This document shows, in pieces, positions 10,932 through 22,952 of a stretch of DNA of 64,000 bases. Position 1 is the stretch's first letter, and every line of letters starts with the position of its first letter. The DNA is taken from NCBI GenBank assembly GCA_022813865.1, contig JALDZX010000077.1:1-64000 (forward strand), written 5' to 3'. The notes under the pieces are model-generated. The model was not told the DNA's origin, did not search any database, and saw only the letters and a program-made list of their open reading frames with translations. Made by a program: the position numbers and the translations under genes. Source of the stretch: Xylographa opegraphella. Lineage: Eukaryota.

Positions 10932-13900
10932 ATGTCTTCCACCTCTTCCGTGGTGCCCATCGCGACTAATCTGAGCAGTGCTCTTGGTGGTGGTGAAGCC
11001 CAGACTCAGCAGATCCAGAATCAATCCGCCAGTGTATTTTTCGCTTCTCTGGTGTCCTCCATAGTCGTCTTTGGTATAGAAGTTGCTGTCTTCTTGGTCA
11101 TCAAGGGCTACCTTCCAAGGATCTAGTAAGTTCACTTTGGGGCTTCGGTTTTCTTGAGGTGCTATCATGGCACATTCCATTTCTCTGTTCAATCCAACTA
11201 TTCACATGTCGACCCCGTTACTTGTCTAGTCAAGATCCTGAGTCCCGCTGAGTGGAATGGAATTCCTGCTGACTTTGGTTTGTCCAACAGCCAGCCACGA
11301 ACATACCTTGTGCCAGAGAAAGAGCGAACCGAGCCACCTCTAAAGGGAATATGGCGATGGATCTTACCAGTCTACCGGACGTCCAAGGTCGAATTTGTTC
11401 AGAAATGTGGCTTGGACGCGTACTTTTTCCTTCGCTACTTATGGCTTCTACTCAAGATATTCGTCCCTTCCGCGGCGGTCATTCTTCCTATCCTGCTACC
11501 ACTCAATTACGTCGGCGGCAAGGGCCCGAATTTTGCAACGGGGATATACTCAAATGCGACGACCTGGAATAATGTGACTGGCTTGAATCAGTTCGCATTC
11601 GGAAACGTGCGGCCTGACGAAACCAACCGGTATTGGGCTCATCTCATACTCGCAGTGGGAGTCATTGTGTGGAGCTGTTGGGTTTTCTTCGATGAACTGA
11701 AAGACTATATCAAGTTACGTCAGGCATATCTCACATCTCCACAACATCGACTTCGAGCCTCAGCAACAACAGTGTTGGTCTCGGGAATACCCAAAGAATG
11801 GTGCACAGCGGAGGCGCTTGATGCTCTTTATGACGTTTTCCCTGGAGGAATCCGTAACATATGGATCAATCGAAAGTTCGATGACCTCAATGATAAGATT
11901 AAGCTCAGAAACAAACTTGCGCTTTCACTGGAATCTGCTGAGACAAATTTGATTCAAAACGCCAAGAAAGCGCAGCTGAAGAGAACAAATGAGGAGGCGA
12001 AGAAAGCGGGAAAGAAACAGACCAAGAAGGAGGAAAAGCAAGAGAAGAAGAGAATTGACGAGAAGGCTGCAGCGGTTGCAAACCTAGATGGAGTCAGCGC
12101 AGGTGACCCCCATCAAATTCGACACAATGTTCGCGAGATCCTCAACGATAGAGGTCGACAACACTCGCGAGACGAATCGAAGAATCCTTTTCATAAAAGA
12201 CGATTAGTGCCTATTCCGCTAGTTGGGCAAGGAATTGACGTGGTTGGGCAAGGATTAGGCAATATCGGCAAGACGGTTCTCGAGGGTTTCCGTACCGTAG
12301 GGAAAGAGGTAGACGAGAGGCTCAATACTACCAATGGCTTCGTTCCTCCGGAGGACCGCGAGTTTGCAACGCAGCTTCAAACTATGGGCGGCTACGAACC
12401 TCCGGAAGACAAGACGGTCGCTAACCAACATGACCCTGAGGATAAGGAAGCGAGGTCTGGCAATCATTTACGAGATTCTGCAAGTACGATGGTACAGCGA
12501 CGAGATTGGGACATACGGTCCGATCGGTCATACAATGAGGATGATGATCACGATGCTTTATGGAGGAAGTACTTGAAACCGAAGGACCGTGATACAATGA
12601 GACTACCCATCTTTGGATGGACGTGGATGATCTCTCTACCACTGATTGGCAAGAAAGTCGATACAATATACTACTGCCGGAAGGAGATAGCCCGCCTTAA
12701 CGTGGAAATTGAGGAAGACCAAGGAAATCCTGGGAAGTTCCCACTCATGAATTCGGCCTTTATACAATTCAACCACCAAGTCGCAGCGCATATGGCTTGT
12801 CAATCGGTCACTCACCACTTGCCAAAGCAGATGGCTCCACGGATGGTCGAGATATCACCTAACGATGTGATCTGGGATAATATGTCTATCACTTGGTGGG
12901 AGAGCTACATTCGCACAGTCGTTGTGCTTGTGTTGATAGTTGGACTCGTTATCGGATGGGCCATACCTGTCTCGTTTACTGGGACCCTCTCACAGATCCA
13001 GTACCTATCACAAACATTGAGCTGGCTGAGCTGGCTACAACGGGTACCTGCAGTCATCTTAGCTGTTATCCAGGGTCTTCTTCCACAACTTCTATTGGCT
13101 CTCTTGTTGCTCGTGCTTCCCGTTATCCTTCGACTGTTGGCCAAAAACCAGGGTGTCCCTACGGGTATGGCTGTCGAGATCTCCGTTCAGAAATTTTATT
13201 TCGCGTTCCTTTTTGTTCAGGTTTTCTTAATAGTCTCCATCTCGACGACCATCACGACTGTTGTAGCGCAAATCGCTGCGAGTCCGCAAAGTATACCTGC
13301 AATCCTTGCGGAGAACATACCGAAGGCTGCCAATTACTTCTTCTCGTATTTGATTTTGCAAGCTCTCAGCGTGAGCGCCGGTGCTCTACTACAGGTTGGG
13401 GAGCTGTTCAGTTGGTTTGTTCTGGGGCCTCTGCTCGACGGGACGGCAAGGAAGAAGTGGGCGAGGCAAATCAATCTGCCTACAACGCAATGGGGCACTT
13501 TCTTCCCGGTTTTTACCAATCTGGCTGCAATTGGTGAGTACCCATGCGGCGAAATGAACCGTAGAAATGACAATTAACCCGGCTTACAGGCTTCATCTAC
13601 GCTGTCATCTCTCCCTTAATCCTCATCTTCAACGTCATTACCTTCGGTCTCTTCTGGATCGCCTACCGCTACAACTCACTCTACGTTACCAAATTCCGCT
13701 CTGACACTGGCGGCTTGCTCTTCCCCACCGCAGTCAACCAGCTCTTCGTTGGCCTTTACTTCATGGAAGCCAGCTTGATCGGCCTCTTTTTTCTCGTCAC
13801 CAACGCCGATGCCAATGGCAATCCTACCACCAACACTCCATGCAAGCCCCAAGCCATCATCATGATCATCGTCCTCTGTCTTACCGTCATCTATCAAGTC

Positions 13901-14332
13901 CTCCTTAGCCAAAACTTTTCCCCGCTCTACCGCTACATGCCGATCACTCTCGAAGACGACGCCGTGGAGCGCGACGCCGAGTTCGCTCGGGCGCAGGAGA
14001 TGCACAGCATGGATGAGGAGCGTGGCAACAACGACAATCGTCCTTCGAGCAGCAGTGGCGCCAACGTTGAGGGTCTGGAAGACCTCACTCCGGCGCAGCG
14101 CGACTTTCTCGTGCAGCGCGCTTTCCAGCACGAGGCGCTCAGAGCGAAGCGCCCGGTAGTGTGGATCCCGCGAGACGATCTGGGTGTTGCGGACGACGAG
14201 GTATATCGCACTCAGCGGGCGTCGAAGCATATCTGGATCAGCGACCAGTATACTGCGCTGGATAGCAAGGCGAGGGTTGTGTATAGAAGGAGCCCGCCCG
14301 ATTTCTCGGAGGTAGACTTGATTGATCTGTAG
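10932..14332 (+). CDS. CSC1/OSCA/TMEM63-family (DUF221, PHM7/RSN1-like) cation channel; 3 exons
   Basis: Introns 11126-11290 and 13534-13589. Motifs RIYQPRTYLVP, CGLDAYFFLRYL, TTVLVSGIP, KKVDTIYYCR, SAFIQFN..AAHMACQ, PNDVIWDN, DTGGLLFP and AFQHEALRAKRPVVWIPRDDLG; many TM segments. Confidence 0.93.
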
Positions 14333-17300
14333 GGCTGTGTACATATCCAAGGTGGTGGCAATGTGGCATATGAGGTGGATTACTGTAGTTTTAGCGTGCA
14401 TGATATCCAATTTGATTATTTCACTATCGTGGAACTTTCGTCTGAGCGAGACGTTTTGATAGAGGTTATGTGATAGTTGACTGAGAATGCAAGACTTTCA
14501 CAGGAGAAGTTATCCTATACCGTCTTGTTTAGTTTCCGAATTCCCACGTACCGGTCACCCTCACATAATTGTGGTGCATTGTAGTCTTCGATAGCTCCAG
14601 CCAAGTGAGTGTTCCGCCATCCAACATAGAAGCATCATGAGGCACCGAGGACGGCATTCATAAATGAAAATCATCGGCGAAGGTATGGATTTTACCTATT
14701 ATCGGCCTTCTGCCCTTGCCGCTTGTTCCCTTGACGATATAGCCCTACAATCCCAGTTCATGATCCACCCTCGAAGCCTCGTACGAGCTGAGTATAGTTT
14801 CCGCTCTCGTTTCCCATCGCGCTTCGAGTCGTATATTGTCGTTCCAAGCCAGATGTACAACAGCGCTGTGTTCAAAAGATGGTTTCCTTTCCAAGACAGT
14901 TTGCGTGGGAATCTTCATCTTCCACTTCTCAATCCATCAGTGCAAAGGAAGGGGCTGTGGATATGTTTGCTAGCGAAGGAGGGGAGCACACGTCTCATAC
15001 GCCGGGATACTTCGGTATTCCTGCGACGGATCAATGGCATGGATAGCCGTTCCTGCTCAAGATAACGCTCCGGCGGCTCATACACGATGATCGCTGTGGT
15101 TGCTAGGATGTACTCTTGTTTATCGGAAGACCACAGCTTGTTCGGTTGCTTTTCCCGGAACTGTGCTTGCCTGTCATTTCGAAGAGCTCCGAAGGCTCGA
15201 CAAGCCTGTGAGCCGCAACCAGAATCCCGTGAGCGCTGGTGACTTCCGTGGCGAAGGCTGAAATAATGTTCAGTACATCTCGCTCCTGGTTGAAGATAGG
15301 GTAAAGATCGTGTACGGCAGATCCGTAGAAGTGGCAGCAGCGGTAGCGAAGCGGTTGCATTGCATCGTGAATGGATATTATGACTCACAGATGGTTAGGC
15401 GTATCAATTGCTGCGGCCGATACCAATAGGTTACTGAGGACCTGTTATGCCAACCCTTTCAACGAGAAACAGACGTTGACAACGTCTCATTCGGTAGTTA
15501 AATACATTGCAGTGTAAACAATCTGGCGAAGTACCCATTTGGCTCCTGGATCGTTGAAGGCCAGGAGTACCTAAAAAAATCAGCTTTTCCAGCAAATAGG
15601 ATTGCTCTAGACTAGGTGTATCTTCGACAATAGAACAATTATTGGTAAGATCTTTCTGAGATAACCTTTACAGGCCCATCGGCGGACGGCGGTGCTGCGT
15701 TGCTTGGTATAGGTACAGGTAAACTTATTAAATTAAGAAGCTAGGCTGGGGACAACCTTCTTGCTGTATTGAAACCACACTGACATGAGTGGGTGCTCCA
15801 AGCTTGTGTTCATGTCAATATCACATCAGCATCTGCTACAATCCCACCGCATTCTGCTCCGTCAACATGAGGACTAACACAGGGCTCCGATTTCCGTTTC
15901 ATTCGACCATTTTGGACAAGAAAAGGACGAGGAGTCCGTACAGAAGTCTCGTAAGGGCTCTGAAGAAGCAAAATCGCGGACCTTGCAGCACTAATACCAG
16001 AATCTCTTTGTAAAATAGCAGATTAGAAAGACATATTGTCGAGGCTTAGAGGACATCATATAAATGCGTGTGGTCAATGGGATTTGCACTGCCATAAGTC
16101 GCAGAAGTAGAAAAGATCGAAACCGCTCTTCACTCCGAAACCCTTGACCCCTGATCGTTCATGAATTCCCATCAAGACCACAAGAAGAGGATGCAAAGGC
16201 CGTTGGTCTATTACGTTAGAGAGGCCCCATTATCAGTCCCTTCAAAGCTACCATGGGCGCCCCAAAGGATCAAACTGTCCCTGAAGGCTCGTCGGATAGG
16301 TATGCTGCATGATCTTCCACACCCAACCTGAAGCACTTCACGGATGCGCACCTACCGGTCCACGGTATTCAACTGGCCGATGATGAGTCCAGCCTCGGAT
16401 ACGTTTTGGCTAATGTACGAATGACTGTGCGAGAGGCTGTGCAAGGAGATGAGCATAAGAGTGTACACCCGAAAGGGGAAGCCAAGGAAGGAATTCCGGA
16501 GATGTGGTGATATCAGTTTGGGGCGTTAGAATAGCAACTCCCTACGCTTATGCGCACGATCGAGGAGCATAAATCTACCGCTATAGAGTTCAATTTTGTC
16601 ACCATGTCCACCGCGATGATAATACACGACGTGCATGCATGCCTAGGAGTAGAGAAAGTCACAACGATTGGCCGCCGCAATAGGCGTCTTCCAAAAGGAA
16701 TGTTCACGTACAAGAATCGTTATCGCCCCTGTCTTCTAAACAACGCCAGAGTAGATGGACTCCCAAGATTGTCCCACAGATTAATGTTCTGATGATGGTG
16801 TTTTCTTTGTCCAGCATCTTTGGTTGTGCTGCTTGGCAGGATTTCGGTGTACCAAGAGTCGACTCGAGCTTTACGAGGTCATCTTGATTGGACCAAGGCT
16901 GCGTGGAAAACAATGACCATTTGCATGCAGTTCATTTCTGAATCATTTAAATGCAAAAGTCCGTACACAGCTGCCGTACAGCAACTCCGTGTATAACAAC
17001 TGACTAGGTATGGGGGTGGGGCTACAACCGCCAAGGCATTTTCATACATCGGAGACCAGCTGCATCGTATGTGTGTCTCTTGGACCACCGGACAACATAC
17101 TAGCGCCCTGGTTGCAGCTTCCCCCTGGTTGCCTTCTTTCCGTCACGAGTTCCACCTGGTAATCCGAGGCCAATGATCACTCGCAATGGAGTCAACGAGA
17201 TTGTTTGGGTCCAGAATAGTTCTGCTCCTGTGTCCCCGATGTACCGATAGTCCCGTCGTCTAAATCTACGACGACATAGATGCGGTACTAACTCGCTGCG

Positions 17301-20300
17301 ACTGTGGAATCATTCTCGAAATCAAGCTGTGAAAGGTAGTGGGCTCCGCCGAAGCATCTCCGGCGGCCTATTCCCCAGGAAACCTGGGGTAACGGAGCTT
17401 CTCGGCAGTGAACCTACTATCTTTACCACTCTTCTGCTATGGCCGGTCTCAGATCCACTCTCTCAAGATCGCTCATGCGATGATCTGACCCCCATGTATC
17501 TGCCATTGCTCCACCCACTCGACACGATTTGACTCCTGAACATGCAGGAAGCATCATCTACGGTAGCATGGGGATAGAGCCTTTGGTAGGCTACTGTTCA
17601 AAGTCCCAAAATCTTGTATTTGACCGACACCCACCCCTAAAGTTCTGGACTACATACTACAACATACAACTTCAGAGTCTACCCTAGAACGAACCACATA
17701 TTTTCTGACGCAGAGAGTCTAGTGTTGCCACAATTTACTTCAAGTCCATTCATTCTATCAGTAGGCAACATCCACAGTGATGACGATCATTGGCTCTTTA
17801 TAGAAGGTTCATTGATGTTTCTTGTAGGTCATGTCCAGCAATCTATCGAAGCAACTGAACACTCGCACTGGGTCTCTACAAGTAAGTATAAATCCCCTTG
17901 TGCTCGAGGAAACTCACAGATCGCAATAGTCGCCCACGGGATCAATCAAATATCTCAACCAACCTGCGCAACTTGCAAGTGATCCCTCCTTTCAGCAGTC
18001 CATGGAGCGTCCCTGGCTTCATCAGCGTTCACCGCCACCATCGCCTCTACGTACCACTTTTCCCCGGAGCAATATCACTACGGGGCAAAACCCAATCGAA
18101 AGATGGCAAGGACAGCCGGCTAGAGATCACCCATGGCATGGCGCCGTAGCTGTCAAATCGCAACGAAAACTAGCACAGTTACTCGATCGACATGATGATG
18201 GTGGTAATCAGCAGCCTACCGATTTAACATCTACACGTGCCCAAGGCAGTGGCTCAGACATAAGATGAACTGGATTGCAGTCTCGGTTCGCAGTACGAGG
18301 CTGGACACCACATCGCTCAGACTGAACACACGTCGACAGCTTGAATTTCTTCTTTGAGAAAGCCGAGGAGATATCTTTGGATTTTTTGCAGTGCCGAAAC
18401 CCGAGCACGATTTTCTTGACCATTGTTATTTCTTATGCTGGATCTGCTGGTGCTATTGAAAGCAGCGGGCTATACGAATTGATTTATCGATTCCTCCGCA
18501 ACAAACTTTGTCACTGCTGTTTCGCAATCGTGTAATATCTGTTCGTCACTGATCATTTGTATAAACGTCCTTCCGCTCGCTACCTCTCAAATTTTGTGTT
18601 TACTGGCGCTCTCTATGGAAACAAATCTGTCTTAAGCTTGCAGTATGTCATACAATGATACGATTCCTCCAATTATTACAACAGTTTGACAATCCAGTAT
18701 TGGAAAACAAAATCTCTTGAGTTTGTGGACATCCTACTACATCAAATCATGGCATCAAATTGAAGTTGGAATAACAGTAGTCTTGTGCTCCAAGCTGGTA
18801 CAATTTAGTAAGAACGAAATATCACACGAGGCCATTAGAAACTATTGGACGAGCGCTATTTCCTCTCAATATCGACATTCAAAACCGAGATGGCTCTAGG
18901 GCAAGTGTAACAAAGTCTGGGAACTTCTATTTGTCATACCATACACGGTCGAGGAGGTTTCCTCATGTATCATGACATCCTCTCAGTGTAGGTACGTTAT
19001 CAAGTCATTGCGCTATCCAGATTCATGAACCAGGATTGGACAAACAGAAGAGCAGCTTTCGCAAGCATAAGTGCCTTGAGTCATCAACCGTGGAGAAGCA
19101 TAACTTGACAAGGGACGTTGAAAGCGCTGGTGGAAATGTCATAAATGCCCCGGAGTTCAGGGTACCATGTTTTAGCGACTTCCCACATTCATAACAGCGC
19201 TGAAGCGAGCAAACAACATAGGTAGTATAGCAGGGTCCCTGCTTGACTCGTCGCTCAAAACCTGATCCTTTGTGTTCATGCCCTTGGAAGGAGTCGAGAC
19301 TCGCCTATTGTCCCGGGGTTACGTTTCATACATCGTGCGGCATGCTGAAGGGCAGCGACACGAAGACAAGAAGCATCCGTCAAAGTTGTCTACCCCGACC
19401 CAGTTTTCATCTTGCGAGTCTGTGCATTCGGGGGAAGCTTACATAAACTTTGACTTCGGCAGCAGTTGGTTCGTCAATGGGATCCAAAACGTGCGGGTCT
19501 TGCTTGAGGACCAATCTATTCTTGTGACACGACGGAAAGTTGTTCTCGGCACTGCGTTACTTTTGGCGAGATCTCCGTTTGATCAGACGGCTCTTAAGTG
19601 TGAGCATCTTCGTCTAGATGACTGGCATGTTCATTGGTCACAAAGTGCTCCCGCAAGTCGAAGCGTCGTTTACAGTGTTGCCATAGACTTGTTCGTCCAC
19701 GCACATATATAAGCCCTGGTGTTGGATTGGTGCTCTACTAGCCTACCGAGCAGTCCCGTCAACCAGAAGCACATCCGTAAAGTGCAGTACCTCAAACGAT
19801 GTTTTCATGTACACCTGCCACACCCACGCTCACGCACAGACCTGTTGTAGGTATACAGCTCAGGCCACAAGCAGACACGTGGAAACTTCCGACGGTGAAT
19901 TGATGACGTTCAGAACAAGCGGCAGCGGCGGCAGATATTTTGAGTTTCGCTAATTTGTGTCTCAACATTGGTCTCAAGATGGTGATGATCACTATTGGAG
20001 ACTGTCGGAGTAGGATCACCCTATCCAACCATGAGCTCGTCCTCGAGCTTCCTCGCAAGCCGATCAACGACCTACCGTCTCTGTGTCGTCGCCCAGCAAT
20101 AGTCTTTTGGTTGCCTGTTGCAACAGCCAAAGAGCGAGGTGCGCGACGTGTTACGAACGGCATGTCAACGAGACCATCTCTATACGACGCCATGATTGTG
20201 TGGTATTATTGGCGCTCTTCTCACCATGATGACGATCTCAGGCTTATCAAAGCTTGCAATCTAGGTTGGCATGGATCAGGCCATGACCTCGAGCCCTGCA

Positions 20301-21742
20301 ACGTCGCCTTTCGCGGAGTATCCTGCATACTGTCCTACCTCGATCTCGGACTCGAACTTCAAGGCTTTAGTATCGACAGCAAAGGTGCGTTGCGAACAGC
20401 ATGGTACTATGTAGCCATTTACCTACTCAAGGTGTTTGCCCAATGCGGTAAACATCGGATGCCCACGCAGGCCGAAACACTCCTTGAAACTGATATCTCA
20501 CAATATTCAGACTTGCGACCCGCCGCAGAATCTCGTCCTTCCCGTGTCTTTCCAGACTAGATCGACAGGACTGATGATGCTTTTATAAAAGGGTCTCACA
20601 TTGTGTCGCGTCATTCGCCGTATCCAAGGACAGGCCGTCGTCGCTCGTGGCGGGTAGGTAAATAGCAGTCCGATCTTTACACATCCTTTCGTGGTGTGAA
20701 ACAGCGTTGGCAATCGCGCTTGGAACCCTCACCAAACCGCCTCGACAGACCATTGGCGGCTGCGAGGCATACTCAAAGAATTAGTTTTGCAACCTCGTTT
20801 CTAGGCTCGACCCGCCCTTTTCGTCTCATCACCCCCAAGATGCGGAAACGGATTTGGTAGTACGTGTGCATAGTAGCTATCGGACGAGCGACCTACAGCC
20901 GTGACAAGAATGCAAGCCGGCTTGTTGGGACCCACTCTCACACTCATAGACCTACTCGCTGGGGCAGCCAAAGCAAATCGCAGCATGATAGATTTTGCTG
21001 GTCTTGCTGCCGTCCGGGTGTTCTTCTCGCGGAGACAGCTTTGCATGACCTGGGGAGCTGACCGTATGAGACGGTCTGGGTCATATCGACGGGCTTCTAG
21101 GTATATGCCTATCCGGCCTGAGGAGCAAAATTGACTGCACAACAGCAGAATCTCATGCCATTCGCAGATCCTGGTATAATCATAGTAATACTACCAGACT
21201 GGCCTGCTTCCATTTCGGGTACTATACACCAAAAGCGGACCTCCCCATTCAGCCAAGCTGCAAAGGCCGGCCCACGGTCTGCTGTTTCCGGAGCTTGAGA
21301 ATGTGCAACAATATCGCAGTTGGATCAATGTATCGATTCCTTGCAAATATTCCATTTAAGAAGATAAAACGAGCCTAACATGATGGGTATCGTACAAATC
21401 CAGGCCTATATCCTATGCCAAACCATACCATCCATCTCCACATACCCGATATAGCTTAAGATTCGCAGAAAGGAAATCATTGCGAGAGTAAAAGAGCGAA
21501 CAAAGTAAGGCATCGGGAAAAGGAGATATGTAAGAAAGACCTGCAGCTCGGCTCATCTCCGTGAACATGTTGTCCAAGAAGAAGAAATTCGAAAGAGGGA
21601 AAGGCGCATCGAGCGGATTTCTGAAGACCGCGAAAGGCTCGGACACCCTGGAGTTATCCAACACCGCATTTCCGACTCCATGTAAGGTCTCTTGAGTGCT
21701 GTGAACACGGAGACTGAGTTTCCAACCTGGGAGGTAAGTCCC

Positions 21743-22163
21743 CTAGGCCTCGCCACGCATCTTCCTTGTACCCGCAGCCTATTTGTAAGATGAGGGTCAG
21801 CATGCTTGCCACAAAGCCAATTACAGTTTTCCCTGTTAGCCTGTCCCATGGTCACTATCTCCTCGCGAATCCCCTCCCTCCAATTTCCCTCATCTCACCG
21901 ACACGCACGCAAAATGAAGCACGTACCTTCTTGCCCGGCCTCGCCTCCACTTCGCCCTTCGCCTTCTCCAGCGCTCCCGCCATTTTAGCCATGACCCCAG
22001 GCTTGCCCTTGCGCTTCGTGGGGCCCTTCTTCGTCGTTGTGGTCTTCTTGACCCCGCCGGTGCGTGGCTTGCGCGTAGTGGTTTTCTTGGTCGTCGTCGT
22101 GGTCGTCGTGACTGTATCCTTGCGTGGACGGGAGTGACCAGTCGTGGCCCGCGTGAGTGCCAT
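21743..22163 (-). CDS. Small (90 aa) highly basic Lys/Thr-rich protein of a fungal uncharacterised family; 2 exons
   Basis: ATG at 22163. Intron 21779-21926 (GTACGT...TAG) gives ...KPGVMAKMAGALEKAKGEVEARPGKK-AAGTRKMRGEA*. This C-terminus resembles a pattern I recognise from small Pezizomycotina proteins (DKVSGA..KLKG...RPG.KAAGTRRM). Confidence 0.8.
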
Positions 22164-22952
22164 TGGATGAGCAGGGGATGATAGTCGATTAGGGATCAGA
22201 ACTTGGACTCGAGAATGGCGAAGGGGGACACAGGCGGAATGGAAGTAGAGCAAAGGCGAGATACTCGGCGCAGAGAGTAGATGTCACGGCTGCAAACTCC
22301 AGTCAGCAAAGCACTCAGCCGAACGACGCTCGAGCGTGCAACGGAACCACGAAGTCCAGTAAACAACCACAGGGAGCAACAGAGCAGAAGGCGCCCAGCA
22401 GAATAAAACGAAGCACAAGCTGAAGTTCACGAAGCGCAGCGCAGGAATGCAACGCAGCGCAACACATCGAGTCAACAAGCAAGCAACCCAGGCACACATC
22501 CCCACCATCGATGGCCTCGACCTCGAAGAAAAGCGCACACACAGCACACCTTGGGGAGCAACTTACTCGGCTCCAAAGCGTCACAACTGGCTATCGCGCG
22601 ACTGAAACAGCGTCGTCCTTGCTCTGAATCAGGAACATGTCATGAAGGAGAGAGAGCAAAAGGGTGTGTGCGCGCGCGCACGCAAGGAGAGGGAATGTCG
22701 TTAGCGGGATCGGGCCCATCGGGCGCTGATTGCATACCGTACCTCATGCAACCACCAAACCGTCCCTCCTATCTAGATAGATAGTAAACAAACAAGCTCA
22801 GCTCCTCCTCAATCATCTTCCTCCCGACCCTACCTCTAAGCGCCCATCTCTAGAAGCCACCCTGAAGCTGCCGCTCCCCTCCCCATTCTCTATCTCTCCA
22901 TCAACCCACCACGTGCCCCGTCCTGGGTAAGGTGGGTAGCCAGCAGCCAGCC

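Noticed and set aside
11126..11290. snoRNA in the 165-nt CSC1 intron
   Set aside because: No convincing box C with terminal stem and no H/ACA layout. Only a 10-bp stem (11174-83/11254-63) was seen.
13676..14410. 244-aa minus-strand ORF
   Set aside because: Antisense shadow of the GC3-rich last exon of the CSC1 gene.
19272..20560. Plus-strand ORFs of 146 and 206 aa as genes
   Set aside because: Non-ATG starts and no recognisable domains; more likely shadows of a decayed minus-strand gene.
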